A stretch of DNA of 64,000 nucleotides, taken from positions 48,621 through 112,620 of the forward strand of contig CAILLO010000077.1 in assembly GCA_903835065.1 (NCBI GenBank), read 5' to 3'. A program made the position numbers and the translations under genes. The notes under the pieces were generated by a model that saw nothing but the letters and a program-made list of their open reading frames with translations, was not told the origin of the DNA and did no database searches. Position 1 is the first letter of the stretch, and the number at the start of each line of letters is the position of its first letter. Positions 26,516 through 38,531 of the stretch are shown one piece after another. This DNA comes from an uncultured Eubacteriales bacterium (lineage in GTDB: Bacteria; Bacillota; Clostridia; Saccharofermentanales; UBA5734).

Positions 26516-27715
26516 CTACCCGAACATGTGCAGCAGCGCCGCGAGCCCGAGACCCAGGTAGTTCGACACCGCGAGACCCAGGATGCCGCACAGGATGCCC
26601 GGGAGGATGATTTCGGGGTTCTTCAGCGCGCTCGCGACCGGGGCGATGAACGGGGGGCCGAAGATGCCGGCGGTCGAGGTGATGATCATCGTGTCGGCGT
26701 CGATCTTCCCGAGCCTCGCGAGCAGCGCGTGCACCACCACGATTCCGTACTGGACGGCCATGATCATGCCGAGGACGCCGAGGGCGCCCGAAAGCTTCTC
26801 GAAATCGAAGGACAGCCCGGTGATCACGGCGAACATCAGGATGAAGTACTGGCCGGTCGCGAACGAGCCGGGCGCGCTGCGCACCTTCGGCACGAAGGAC
26901 AGGGCGATGCCCAGCGTCGTGACGACGATCATGATCACCGCCGTGAACTCGCCCATCTTGGCGAGCCCGACGTTGCCGTACCGGCTGGGGAGCAGCAGCG
27001 TGATGCCGGCGGCGACGAGGAAGCAGGCGAGCGCCAGGCCGACCAGGGCGGCGCGGCCCGCGAAGGCCCGGAACGGGTGCGTGGGCAGCTTCCTGCCGCT
27101 GAATTCCTCGACGTAGCGGCCTTGCTCGACCGCGTCGCCGACGGTTCCGACGGGGACGTACTTCGGGAGGAAGCGCCGCATCAGGGGGCCCATGAAGGAC
27201 AGCAGGATCAGGAAATAGGTGCCGCCGGCGAAGATGTCGGCGGTGGTCAGCAGGGCGATGTTGGAATTGCTGTCCTGCAGGGACTTGCCGATCGCGACGA
27301 TGTTCGGCGTGCCGCCGATGTAGTCGCCGACCAGCATGGCGCCCATGTTCAGCGCGTCGGGCACGAAGGCGCGGAACGCGAAGAACCCCGCGGTGCAGAC
27401 GAGCAGCGTCGCGAGGCCGTTCATGCCGTAGGAGACGAGCATCGGCTTCGCGAGGCGTCGCACGCCGGGGAGATCCGCGGAGAACAGGACCAGCGGCATG
27501 GCCATGCAGACCATGATGGACGAGACGTCGCTCGCCGTGCCGAGGTCCGCCCCGCCCAGCTTGACCAGAGGGGAGAGCAGCAGACCGAGTACGTAGCAGA
27601 GGAAAACGGAGCCGAGGGTGTTGAGAATCGGGACCTTCTGGGCCGCGAGGATCAGGAGGCGCGGCAGGAACAGAACCGCCAGGAACATCAGGATGGTGGA
27701 CACCGTCGACAGCAT
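26516..27715 (-). CDS. DUF819-family multi-pass membrane protein
   Basis: YIGGTPNIVAI and IDADTMIITSTAGIFGPPF motifs; about 10 TM segments. Confidence 0.8.
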   Translation of the reverse strand: MLSTVSTILMFLAVLFLPRLLILAAQKVPILNTLGSVFLCYVLGLLLSPLVKLGGADLGTASDVSSIMVCMAMPLVLFSADLPGVRRLAKPMLVSYGMNGLATLLVCTAGFFAFRAFVPDALNMGAMLVGDYIGGTPNIVAIGKSLQDSNSNIALLTTADIFAGGTYFLILLSFMGPLMRRFLPKYVPVGTVGDAVEQGRYVEEFSGRKLPTHPFRAFAGRAALVGLALACFLVAAGITLLLPSRYGNVGLAKMGEFTAVIMIVVTTLGIALSFVPKVRSAPGSFATGQYFILMFAVITGLSFDFEKLSGALGVLGMIMAVQYGIVVVHALLARLGKIDADTMIITSTAGIFGPPFIAPVASALKNPEIILPGILCGILGLAVSNYLGLGLAALLHMFG

Positions 27716-27750
27716 CGGATCACGCTCCCATCTTTCGGATGCCTGTATTG

Positions 27751-27779
27751 TAGGTGTGCGGGGGAGCCCTGTAAAGTGC
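27751..27779 (-). promoter_or_regulatory. promoter of the DUF819 gene (approximate bounds)
   Basis: Minus strand TTTACA, 17 bp spacer, TACAAT. Confidence 0.55.
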
Positions 27780-27827
27780 TTTGAAGGACAAAGGAAACAA
27801 AACGTGGAATTCCCGTCCGTCCGATGC

Positions 27828-28447
27828 TCAGAGGTCCTCGACCAGGACCGCCCGGACCGGCGCGCCGTCGGCGCCGCGAAGGAGCAGCGGAAGCGCGATC
27901 AGGGTGTACTCCCCCGCCGGCACGTGCGCCAGGCGGAGACCCTCCAGGACCAGGACGTCCGCGCCGATCAGCGTCCGGTGCGTCTCGTGTCCCGGCTGGC
28001 CTCGCTCGATGCCCAGCGCATCGATGCCGACGCCTGCGACGCCGCGCTCGACCAGGCATTCGGCGCCGTCGGCGGCCAGGGTGACGGTCGCGTCGCCGTC
28101 GACGTCGGTGAAGGAATTGGCGGTCTTCAGCAGCACGAAGGCGCCGGCCGCCACGTCCAGCGGCTCGAGGTCCCTGCGCCGGACCGGGCCGCGCACGCCG
28201 GTCAGGTCGACCACCCGGCAGCGGGTCACGAGACGGGCCGGGTCGATCGCATCGATTCCTTCGCCCCCGTCGACCATGTGGAGCGGCGCGTCGAGATGCG
28301 TGCCCGTGTGCACGTTCATCGAGAGTTCCGATTCGTTGACGCCGCCCTCCGGGAACCTCCGTACGGCCGCGATGCGCGGCCTCCTGGCCGGGTCGTTGCG
28401 ATAGGTCTCCATGCCCTCGTGGATCGGCATCGAGATGTCGATGACCC

Positions 28448-28451
<4 letters not shown>
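27828..28451 (-). CDS. cyclase-family metal-dependent hydrolase (KynB-like)
   Basis: HTGTHLDAPLH, VGIDALGIE, LEGLRL and DGAPVRAVL motifs; ATGA overlap with the zwf stop. Confidence 0.92.
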
Positions 28452-29956
<1,505 letters not shown>

Positions 29957-30018
29957 TTGGCTCCTCCTGCGACCTGCCGCCGTAACATCCGGCGGTCGGC
30001 GTCTGGAACCAGAGTAGG

Positions 30019-31287
30019 TCAAACCCCGGTCGAATGCAATCGGGCGTCCGGAAGAGATCTCGGCTCCTTCAACCAGAATCCCAGCAGCAGCGCCCCTGCG
30101 GTCGCGGTCGCCGCGGTCGCCGCGAACAGCCCGCCAAAGCCCAGCAGGACGACAAGCCCCCCGCCGAGCAGCGGCGCCAGCGTCCGGGCGGGGGCCAGCA
30201 GCGTCCCGGCCAGGCCGAGGTAGGTCGGACGGTCTTCCGCGCTGCAGAACTCCATCGTGATCGTGCTTCCCGAGACGACGTCACCGGAAAGACCAGAGGC
30301 AAGAAGCACGAAGACCAGTCCGAGCCAGGCGGGCGAGGTACAGAGGAACAGGGCGGTCGCGGCTGCGAGTGCGAGGCACAGGGTGGAGAGGGCCAGGACG
30401 AGCTTGTGCCCGAAGCGGTCGCCGAGAAAACCCCAGACGAGGTTCATGACCATCTGTCCGGCCACGAGGACGCCGGTCAGGATGCCGACGGCGGCGCCGC
30501 CCAGCCGGAAGCGCTCGATGCCGAAGAGGATGAAGAAGCCGGTGGACATGCTGCCGAAGAGGCCGACGAACCGGCTGACGAGCAGCGCCCGGAAGTTGCG
30601 GTCGCGCCGGAGGACGGCGGGAAGCCTGCGCAGATAGTCCAGATAGGAACCCTCGTGCTTCTTGACGGGTCCGTCGGGCTCTCGGTTCAGGGCGAAGGCT
30701 CCCAGCGAGAACAGGGAGAACAGGAAGGCGAGCAGGAAGCAGGCCGTGAAGGAGTCCGGGAACGAGAAACCGCTCAGCGCGTTCGCGGCGAGCGCGGCGC
30801 CCGCGATGCCCATACAGGCCCCCAGGGCGCTGCCGAGGCCGAACCAGAGGCCTCGGCGGGTGACCGGGATGACCTTGGCGATCAGGTCGAGCCAGGCGGG
30901 CGTGATCGCGCCGTTGGTGAAGGAGACGACCGCGAAGAGGAAGACGAGGCCGGCCAGCGCGAGTCCTGGGGAGCGGACCGCGAACCCCGCGACCAGCAGG
31001 GCCATCAGCAGGTATGGCAGGCGTTCGCCGAGAAACCCGTAGAGAAGCAGCAGGGGCTTCTTGCGGACCAGCGTCTCCGTGTGGCGGGCGAAGAAGACCG
31101 AAGGCAGGTACGACCCCATGCTGACGACGGCCGGGATGAGGCCGACGGCGAACCGGGAGGCGGTCAGGTGGCTGACCAGGACGGGAATGATCGTCGCCTG
31201 GGAGACGAGGTTCAGCGCGAGGCTGATGAACGCGATGTCGACGACGTTGACCGCGAAGTTCCAGCGAAGGTTCCGGTCGCCGCCCAT
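30019..31287 (-). CDS. MFS transporter
   Basis: Multi-TM; PAWLDLIAKVIP-RRG, WGFLGDRFGHK and RPTYLGL motifs. Confidence 0.88.
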   Translation of the reverse strand: MGGDRNLRWNFAVNVVDIAFISLALNLVSQATIIPVLVSHLTASRFAVGLIPAVVSMGSYLPSVFFARHTETLVRKKPLLLLYGFLGERLPYLLMALLVAGFAVRSPGLALAGLVFLFAVVSFTNGAITPAWLDLIAKVIPVTRRGLWFGLGSALGACMGIAGAALAANALSGFSFPDSFTACFLLAFLFSLFSLGAFALNREPDGPVKKHEGSYLDYLRRLPAVLRRDRNFRALLVSRFVGLFGSMSTGFFILFGIERFRLGGAAVGILTGVLVAGQMVMNLVWGFLGDRFGHKLVLALSTLCLALAAATALFLCTSPAWLGLVFVLLASGLSGDVVSGSTITMEFCSAEDRPTYLGLAGTLLAPARTLAPLLGGGLVVLLGFGGLFAATAATATAGALLLGFWLKEPRSLPDARLHSTGV

Positions 31288-31307
31288 CGCGGCCGGCCCT
31301 TCCGTTC

Positions 31308-32144
31308 CTATTCCTTCACCGCGCCCGAGGTCAGGCCGCTGGCGAGGTGCTTCTCGATTCCCAGGAACAGGGCGATTACGGGCACCGTGGCGACGATGCT
31401 GACGGCGAAGAGGTACTGCCACTGCACGTCGTATTTGCCGAAGAACGCGTAGATGCCCACGGTGAGGGGCTTGTACGCCTCCGTGGAGATGATGGTGAGG
31501 GCGAAGGTGAATTCGTTCCAGGCGGCGATGAACACGAAGATCAGGGCCGTGATGAGGCCGGGCGCCGAGAGGGGCAGCAGGACCCGGAAGAGTCCCTGGA
31601 CGCGGTTGCAGCCGTCGATCCAGGCGGACTGCTCCAACTCGTAGGGGATGGTCGAGAAGTATCCTTTCAGGATCCAGACCGCGAAGGCCTGGTTGAAGGC
31701 GGCATTGACGATGATGAGGCCGGCGATGGTATCGACCAGCCCGAACCAACCCATGACCCGGAACAGGCCGACGAGCAGCACGATCGGCGAGAACATCTGC
31801 GTGACGAGGACCAGGTACATGTACGCGTTGAGCCCCCTGAACTTCATCCGGGCCAGCGCGTACGCCGCCGGGATGGCGCAGACCAGGGTGATGCTGGTCG
31901 CGCAGGTCGCGATGACGAAGGAGTTGGACATGTATTGGGCCAGCGGGACCTTCGCCCACATGTCGACGAAGTTCTGGAACTGCCAGACCTTCGGGAAGAA
32001 GGTCGGCGGAATCGCGAAGATCTCGGTCCGGTTCTTCAGCGAAGTCAGGATCATGATCAGGTAGGGGAACGAGAACACGCCCAGGATCAGCAGCGCGCCG
32101 AGGTATTTCAGGACATGCAGGATCCGCCGCTTCAGCATGTCCAT
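31308..32144 (-). CDS. carbohydrate ABC transporter permease (MalG-like)
   Basis: IPYELEQSAWIDGC EAA loop and AWNEF motif. Confidence 0.95.
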   Translation of the reverse strand: MDMLKRRILHVLKYLGALLILGVFSFPYLIMILTSLKNRTEIFAIPPTFFPKVWQFQNFVDMWAKVPLAQYMSNSFVIATCATSITLVCAIPAAYALARMKFRGLNAYMYLVLVTQMFSPIVLLVGLFRVMGWFGLVDTIAGLIIVNAAFNQAFAVWILKGYFSTIPYELEQSAWIDGCNRVQGLFRVLLPLSAPGLITALIFVFIAAWNEFTFALTIISTEAYKPLTVGIYAFFGKYDVQWQYLFAVSIVATVPVIALFLGIEKHLASGLTSGAVKE

Positions 32145-33052
32145 CACTTCTTCCTCTCCTGGGTCAGCGTCACGTACAGGATGGAGAAGAACAGGAGGAA
32201 GAGAAAGCTCAGGACCGAAATCGAGGCGGCCTGCCCCATCTTGTTGACCTGGAAGGCGAGCTTGTAGAGGTAGGTCACGACGGTGTCGGTCTGGTTGAGC
32301 GGGTCGCCGCGCGTGATGGTCCAGATGATGGGGAACGAGTTGAAGACGTAGATGATGTTCAGCACGGTGCAGACGGTCAGGGGCTGCTTCAGCATGGGCA
32401 GCGTGATGTGGGCGAACTTGCGGTAGCCCCCCGCGCCGTCGATGTCGGCGGACTCGTAGAGCACGTCGGGAATCGACTGCAGACCCGCCAGAATCACGAT
32501 GGTCGTGAAGGGGATCGTGTCGAAGATGCCGGCCCAGAGCAGCACGGGGAAGGAGCTCGAGGGCTGGGCCAGCCAGTAGACGTTCGCGCCGATCAGGTGG
32601 AAGAACTTCAGGATCAGGTTGAGGGTGCCGTAGTTGTAGTCGAAGATCCATTTCCACACCGAGGCGGTGATGATGAGCGAGGTCGCCCAGGGGAAGATGA
32701 TGACGGACCGGACGACGCGGCGCCCGAAGAACCGCCGGTTGAGCAGCAGGGCGATGCCCATGGACAGGACCGTCGCCACGCCCACGACCACGACGGTCCA
32801 GACGAGCGTGTTGCGCAGGACGAGGAGCAGGTTCTCCTCGCGGAACAGGTCGAGGTAGTTCTGGAAGTCGTTCCACCCCTTGACGAGGCCGGAACGGGTG
32901 ACTTCGGAGAAGGATGTGCGGAACAGCTCGAACACGGGCACGAAGATGATCGCGACGATCAGCAGCAGACTCGGCAGGATCCAAAGATAGACGGACAGTC
33001 CGCTGAACCTGCCGCGCCGCTTCCGCTGGGCCATCCTGGTCAAGGGTTCCAT
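32144..33052 (-). CDS. carbohydrate ABC transporter permease (MalF-like)
   Basis: LAGLQSIPDVLYESADIDGA and HITLPML motifs. Confidence 0.95.
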   Translation of the reverse strand: MEPLTRMAQRKRRGRFSGLSVYLWILPSLLLIVAIIFVPVFELFRTSFSEVTRSGLVKGWNDFQNYLDLFREENLLLVLRNTLVWTVVVVGVATVLSMGIALLLNRRFFGRRVVRSVIIFPWATSLIITASVWKWIFDYNYGTLNLILKFFHLIGANVYWLAQPSSSFPVLLWAGIFDTIPFTTIVILAGLQSIPDVLYESADIDGAGGYRKFAHITLPMLKQPLTVCTVLNIIYVFNSFPIIWTITRGDPLNQTDTVVTYLYKLAFQVNKMGQAASISVLSFLFLLFFSILYVTLTQERKK

Positions 33053-33072
33053 CGCATCTCCCTGGAGTGGGA

Positions 33073-33098
33073 GTGGGCGGATCGCACGATCCGCCCAC
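33073..33098. terminator. intercistronic stem-loop after the binding-protein gene
   Basis: GTGGGCGGATCG-CA-CGATCCGCCCAC inverted repeat; no U tract, so possibly an mRNA stabiliser. Confidence 0.55.
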
Positions 33099-33155
33099 CC
33101 GCGCTTCGGTCATGGGTCGCGTTCCGGGTTCGGGCCAGGACGTTCGGTCTGGGGG

Positions 33156-34400
33156 TCAGGTCGTGCCGTCCGCGGTCGCCTGGACTTCGTTCAGGGCGTC
33201 CGTGACGGACATCTGGCCCAGGAGGACCTTCTGCAGGGCGGCGATGGCCGCGAACTTGATTTCGGGATACCGGGTGTCGTCCACCGGATAGGTCTGGGCG
33301 GACTGCAGTTCCTTGATGAATTCCGCGGTCATCGGGTCGCTGGCGGCCATCGCGGTGCCGACGGTCTTGGTGACCGGCAGGAAGCCTTCATTCGTCAGGA
33401 AGGTCTGGTAGTTCGCGTCCTTGTAGAAGAAGTCCAGGAACTTCGTGATGGCGGGGACGCTCTTGGTGGACTTGAAGACCATCAGGGAGTCCTGAACGAA
33501 CAGGCTGGTCTGGGGCTTCCCGTCGTTGCAGGGCATGGGGGCGACGCCGTAGTTCAGATTCGGGGCGTCGGTCTTGAGAATCGTCGGGAAGAAGTTGGCG
33601 GTCATCATCATGCCGAGCTTGCCGGCGGCGAAGACCTTCTGCAGCTCGTCGCGGTTGATCGCGGTCGGCTGCGCGTTGGTCGTCTTGTCGGTGTTGACTA
33701 GGTCGTTCATGAAGGTGAAGGCCTCGATGTTCTCGGCGCTGTTGAGCGCCCACTTGCCGTCCTTCTTCCAGCCGCCGCCGTTGCCGAACGCGAAGTAGGA
33801 GAAGAAGGCCTCGCCCTCGAAGTTGGTCATCTCGATGCCGTACGCGTCCACGGCGGCCTTCTCCTTGATCAGCTTGCAGTCGGCGCGCAGTTCGGACCAG
33901 GTCTTGGGTGGCGTGGCGATGCCGGCGGTCGCGAAGATGTCCTTGTTGTAATACAGGCTTCTCACGGAGGAGAGCAGCGGAATCGCGTAGGTCGTGCCCT
34001 TGATCGCGTTGCCGGCGTAGAGCGATTCGTAGATGTTGGCCTTGAGCGCCGGCGAAATCACCTTCGATGCGTCCATCAGCAGGTTGTCGTTGACGTAGGC
34101 GGAAAACAGGTCGATGTTCAGGAGGTCGGGCGCCTGGTTCGTGGAGATCAGCGTGTTGACGCGCTGGTTGATCACGTCCCAGCCGACGACCTGGAGGTTG
34201 ACGGTGATGTTCGGGTTCTCCTTTTCGAAGCGGGCCACGAGGTCCTTGAGGAACGGCTCGGTCGCCGTGCTGTACTGGGCCGCGAGGAACGTGAACGAGG
34301 ACTTCGCCGAGGCCGTCGAGCAGCCGGTCAGGCTGAATGAGGCCAGGACCGCGGTGACGAGGACGAGAACGACCAGTCGGGTCCAACCACGTCTAGACAT
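33156..34400 (-). CDS. sugar ABC transporter substrate-binding lipoprotein
   Basis: Lipobox LTGC; FEKENPNITV, YAIP, LYYNKDIF and PPKTWSEL motifs. Confidence 0.95.
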   Translation of the reverse strand: MSRRGWTRLVVLVLVTAVLASFSLTGCSTASAKSSFTFLAAQYSTATEPFLKDLVARFEKENPNITVNLQVVGWDVINQRVNTLISTNQAPDLLNIDLFSAYVNDNLLMDASKVISPALKANIYESLYAGNAIKGTTYAIPLLSSVRSLYYNKDIFATAGIATPPKTWSELRADCKLIKEKAAVDAYGIEMTNFEGEAFFSYFAFGNGGGWKKDGKWALNSAENIEAFTFMNDLVNTDKTTNAQPTAINRDELQKVFAAGKLGMMMTANFFPTILKTDAPNLNYGVAPMPCNDGKPQTSLFVQDSLMVFKSTKSVPAITKFLDFFYKDANYQTFLTNEGFLPVTKTVGTAMAASDPMTAEFIKELQSAQTYPVDDTRYPEIKFAAIAALQKVLLGQMSVTDALNEVQATADGTT

Positions 34401-34506
34401 CTGGATACCTCCTCTTGATTCCTTCTTCGGGCACTCCACCGACAATTGTACGGAACGGAGCGGCGATTGGAAGGCAGAAACCAGAGGTTTCGTGCATTTT
34501 GCAGAC

Positions 34507-35607
34507 CTAGCGGAAGTCGGACGGCGTCGTTCCTGCTATCTTCCGGAACTGGGTGCTGAAATAGTGCTCGTCGGCATAGCCCACGGCCTCGGCGATCTCG
34601 TAGACCTTGAGGCGTCCCTCCTTCAGGAGTTCCTTGGCCTTCCCGACGCGGACCCGGTTGACGTAGTCGCTGACGGAGAAGCCCGTGGCCTCCTTGAAGA
34701 TCCGGCCGAGGTAGTCCTTGTTCAGGAGCAGCCGCTGCGACAGGTAGCCGGTCGTCACGTCCTCCCGGTAGTCCTCGTTGACGATCCGGCGGATCCGCTC
34801 CACGACGCGCTTCTTCCGGCCGCCGCCGCCCTTGCGCGCGATCCGTTCCATGGCCGCGTCGACGATTCGCAGCAGCCAGGCCTCCAGCTCCTCCGCCCGT
34901 TCGATGCCGAAGGCTTCCCGGAAGGGGCTCGCCGGTTGCCCGAAGGCCTCTCCCAGGGAGATGCCCGATTCCTCGAGCACCGACGCCAGCGCGGCGTTGA
35001 CCAGCGAGACGAAGACGTACGCCCGTTCGAGCGAGGGCGGAGTTCCTTCGGATCGGTACGGGTCGAAGAACCGCATAACCCTCGACTTCACTTCGTCCGC
35101 GAGCCCGGTGCGGACCTCCATCACGAGTTCGTTCATGTCGAAGGAGAAATCCGCGACGTGGCCCGTGATGTCGACATGGTGGTTGCGGCGCAGTTGCTCT
35201 TTCAGGAATTCCACTTCGGCGTCGGAAGCCGTCTTCCGGTCGAGCATCGTCCGGATCTCGCGGGCGATGCCCTCGATCTCGTCCGGCGTGACCGGCTTCA
35301 GGATGTAGCGCACCGCGCCGTGCTCCAACGCCGCCTGGGCGTACTGGAACTCGTCGAATCCGCTGAGCACGACGACCAGCGGCGAACCGCCCCGGCGTCT
35401 GAGTTCCTTCAGGAAGGAGATGCCGTCCATCAGGGGCATCCGCATGTCGAGCAGGATGAAGTCGGCCGGCGCCTGTTCCAGCAGTTCCAGCGCCCTCACT
35501 CCGTTGCGCGCCGTGCGGATCCGGTAGCAGTCCATACGCGACTCGAGCCAGGACTTGATCCCGTTCCGGATCTCCTCCTCGTCCTCGACGATCAGCAGGT
35601 CGTACAA
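34507..35607 (-). CDS. YesN-like response regulator (REC plus AraC HTH)
   Basis: LLIVEDE, LDMRMP, YILKP and IAEAVGYADEHYFSTQFRK motifs; TTG start after GGAGG. Confidence 0.92.
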   Translation of the reverse strand: MYDLLIVEDEEEIRNGIKSWLESRMDCYRIRTARNGVRALELLEQAPADFILLDMRMPLMDGISFLKELRRRGGSPLVVVLSGFDEFQYAQAALEHGAVRYILKPVTPDEIEGIAREIRTMLDRKTASDAEVEFLKEQLRRNHHVDITGHVADFSFDMNELVMEVRTGLADEVKSRVMRFFDPYRSEGTPPSLERAYVFVSLVNAALASVLEESGISLGEAFGQPASPFREAFGIERAEELEAWLLRIVDAAMERIARKGGGGRKKRVVERIRRIVNEDYREDVTTGYLSQRLLLNKDYLGRIFKEATGFSVSDYVNRVRVGKAKELLKEGRLKVYEIAEAVGYADEHYFSTQFRKIAGTTPSDFR

Positions 35608-35618
35608 GCCGCCACCTC

Positions 35619-37391
35619 CTAGGTCCCGGGCGCGTCGAGGCGCTTCGGAAGAATCAGCCGGGCCACGGTCCACCCGTCTTCGACCCGATAGGAAAGTCCG
35701 AATTCCTTGCCGTAGAACAGCCGGATCCGGCTGTTCGTGTTGCGCGTTCCGATGCCGGAGCCGGGGCCGACGCCCGCGCCGGCGCCCGCGCCCTCGTCCG
35801 CTGCGGCCAGCGCCTCGTTGAGGCGGGCGACGCCCTCCGCGTCGAGGCCGGCTCCGTTGTCCAGGACCTCGAGCACGATGCTCCCGGCCTCCTCGAACCC
35901 GCGGATGCGGACGATGCCCGACGTCTCGTTCGTCTTGACCCCATGGTAGATCGCGTTCTCGACCAGCGGCTGGAGGATCAGCTTCTGGACCCGTACGGCG
36001 AGCAGCTCCTCGTCCACGTCGATCTCGTACTCGAATTCCCGGCTGTAGCGGATCTTCTGGATGCTGAGGTAGCTCCGCACCTGCTCGATCTCCTCGCCGA
36101 GGGAAATCGTATCGCGCCCGTCGCTCAGGCTGATGCGGAAGAACTTCGAGAGGGCGCTGACCATCTCGATGACCTCCTTCTTCTTGTCGCTGTTCGCGAG
36201 CCAGATGATGGAGGACAGCGTGTTGTAAAGGAAATGCGGGTTGATCTGCAGCCGCAGCATTCGGATCTCGGCCTCGCGGAGCCGATTCTGGGCGTCGTAG
36301 ATGTCCCGGATGGACTGGTCCACCTGGGTGACCATGGCGTCGAAGGCGCCTCCGATGCGGCCGATCTCATCATGCGAGTTGAAGCCCGCCCGCACGGCCC
36401 GATTGCCCTTCCCGACCTCCTCCATGACGGTGTCCAGCTTCTTCAGGGGCCGCGTGATGCGAGCCGAGAGGAAGAGGGAGAACAGGAACATCACGAGCAG
36501 CGCGGCCGAGCACAGCAGGACGGTCGTCCGCCGGATGCCGTCGCTGGCCGCCGTGAGACCGCTGAGACGCTCGATGCTGAGGTAGGTCCAGCCGTATCCG
36601 CTGTCCTTGCAGTAGGTCAGCAGGAAGTCGTCGTCGATGATCCGCTTCTCCAGGTACCCCTGGTCCTGCGTCAGCGGGTCGGAGACCTTGAACACGTCCT
36701 TCAGGTCCTGGCGGAGCTGGTACTTGTTGCGTCCCGAAAGGATGCGCCCGTTCTCGTCGAGGATCAGCATCTCCCCGTCCGGCACGTCGAAGCCGCTGTA
36801 GATCTGGAAGACGTAGTTCTCGTCGAGGTTCAGCAGGACGATGCCGGTCGACCGGCCGGTGGCCGGGTCCTTCGCGGCCAGGTAGAGCGGGAGGATGTCG
36901 ACGCCGTCCAACTGCTTCGGCGGGCCCCAGACGGGGCCATCGGCCAGACGTCCCGAGTGGTACCAGTCGCTGGCCGCTATGGAGTCGAAGCTCAGCGCCC
37001 GGCCGGGGTCGTCGGTCTTCATGTCGCCGGCCGCGTCGAAAAGGTAGATCGAGGCGACGCCGTCGTACCCGCCGAACTGGACGAACAGGCGCGCGATCTC
37101 GGAGTCGTCGGCAACCGGGTCGGATACGCCGCCCCGCATGTACGAGAGGACGTGGGAATCCGCCGCGAACTTCGCGGCGAGGGCCACCTTCCCGCTCAGG
37201 TAGTGGGAGACGATGTTGTCGGTGTCCCGGAGATTGCGGATGTTCTTCTCGATCTCCTTGTCCTTGATGATCGAGACGGCCGCGTTGTAGGAGGTCAGGC
37301 CGATGAAGAGCGTCGGCAGGAAGCAGACGATGAGGAAGAAGCCCAGCAGCTTCGTCTTGAGGCTGATGTCCCGGAATCTCGGCAGTGCCAC
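35619..37391 (-). CDS. YesM-like sensor histidine kinase
   Basis: Cache-like extracellular region, HAMP, LQINPHFLYNTL, LQPLVENAIYHG and DNGAG motifs. Confidence 0.95.
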   Translation of the reverse strand: MALPRFRDISLKTKLLGFFLIVCFLPTLFIGLTSYNAAVSIIKDKEIEKNIRNLRDTDNIVSHYLSGKVALAAKFAADSHVLSYMRGGVSDPVADDSEIARLFVQFGGYDGVASIYLFDAAGDMKTDDPGRALSFDSIAASDWYHSGRLADGPVWGPPKQLDGVDILPLYLAAKDPATGRSTGIVLLNLDENYVFQIYSGFDVPDGEMLILDENGRILSGRNKYQLRQDLKDVFKVSDPLTQDQGYLEKRIIDDDFLLTYCKDSGYGWTYLSIERLSGLTAASDGIRRTTVLLCSAALLVMFLFSLFLSARITRPLKKLDTVMEEVGKGNRAVRAGFNSHDEIGRIGGAFDAMVTQVDQSIRDIYDAQNRLREAEIRMLRLQINPHFLYNTLSSIIWLANSDKKKEVIEMVSALSKFFRISLSDGRDTISLGEEIEQVRSYLSIQKIRYSREFEYEIDVDEELLAVRVQKLILQPLVENAIYHGVKTNETSGIVRIRGFEEAGSIVLEVLDNGAGLDAEGVARLNEALAAADEGAGAGAGVGPGSGIGTRNTNSRIRLFYGKEFGLSYRVEDGWTVARLILPKRLDAPGT

Positions 37392-37416
37392 GCCAACCCT
37401 CCCGTCGTCCGCTCCT

Positions 37417-38241
37417 TCAGGTACTCCGGCCGTCCACGTAGTCGACCGCCAGGTCCAGCTTGAAATGCTGCGCCTTCAGTCCTGGCAGGGAATCGTTGAT
37501 GTATTTCGTCAAAGAGACCATCCCGGGTTCCTCCGACGTACCGTGTCCCACCCGGAAAAGCGGCATCCCCGAGTCCACGGCCCAGGAGACGTCGCTCCAG
37601 TACCGGCACCCGTCGTCGCACACGACCGCCGCGTCGCAGCCCATCTCCAGGAACACGTCCGGCCGGCAGGCGCATCCCGTGCCGATACCGAGCCGCCGGA
37701 CGATCTTCCGCCCGTCTCCGAACCGCTGCACATAGGGGTCGCCCAGCGCGACCGTCCGGGCCGCGATGCGCTCGGCCAGTTCGTCCGCGCGGGTCGGCCC
37801 GATCTCGTAGGCCAGCTGGAAGCCGCGATTGCCGGTGGCGAACGGCAGGCCCTTCATGCCCAGATGCTGCGCCAGAGCCCAGGGGATGCCGATATCGGGA
37901 TAACGGTCCCAGCAGTCGTGGTTCCGCTCGACCACCAACCCGCTCTCCTCGACCAGCCGGCGTTTCAGGGCGGCCGTCGCGAGCTTCGCCGCGCTCTCCT
38001 CCTTCGCATCCAGTTTCTCCACCTCGTTGTCGTGGATCCAGAATGTCGGTTCATGGGTCATCAGGAGGTCGAATCCGTTTTCGACGGCGTAGCGGATCGC
38101 CTTCATGGTGCTCATCCAGGTCACAAGGACCGTCCGGACGTCCCGGTCCGGGTCGCCCAGGAGGATCCGGTCCACCGTCGGGTGCCGGTCGACCCACGTC
38201 GCCTGTGAATTGAAGTGGTGCAGGATCTCCCTGGCCTTCAT
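37417..38241 (-). CDS. Nif3-like dinuclear metal-centre protein
   Basis: TVD-ILLGDP, MTHEPTFW, NHDCWD and GHGTSEEPGM motifs. Confidence 0.85.
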   Translation of the reverse strand: MKAREILHHFNSQATWVDRHPTVDRILLGDPDRDVRTVLVTWMSTMKAIRYAVENGFDLLMTHEPTFWIHDNEVEKLDAKEESAAKLATAALKRRLVEESGLVVERNHDCWDRYPDIGIPWALAQHLGMKGLPFATGNRGFQLAYEIGPTRADELAERIAARTVALGDPYVQRFGDGRKIVRRLGIGTGCACRPDVFLEMGCDAAVVCDDGCRYWSDVSWAVDSGMPLFRVGHGTSEEPGMVSLTKYINDSLPGLKAQHFKLDLAVDYVDGRST

Positions 38242-38354
38242 GTCGCCCTCCCGACAGGCCCCGATTCCGCCGGGCCCCAGGGACAGTATATTCTGAAACG
38301 GCGGGAAATGGAGAGGCGGCCCTCCGGGAATCCGGAGCGCCGCCTTGGTTCCAC

Positions 38355-38431
38355 TGGTCGAGGTGACACGATTCGAACGTGCGACGTCCTGGTCCCAAAC
38401 CAGGTGCTCTACCGGACTGAGCCACACCTCG
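38355..38431 (-). tRNA. tRNA-Pro(UGG)
   Basis: CGAGGTGTGGCTCAGTCCGGTAGAGCACCTGGTTTGGGACCAGGACGTCGCACGTTCGAATCGTGTCACCTCGACCA; cloverleaf, anticodon TGG, TTCGA loop and encoded CCA. Confidence 0.97.
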
Positions 38432-38531
38432 GCGTTCGCAAGGCCCATGATAGCACCGCGGTCGCCGGGATGGCAATGCCGGAGGGGTCGGACGCCGCGT
38501 CCTCGAGGGAATCGCGGCGTCCGGGCCGGCC

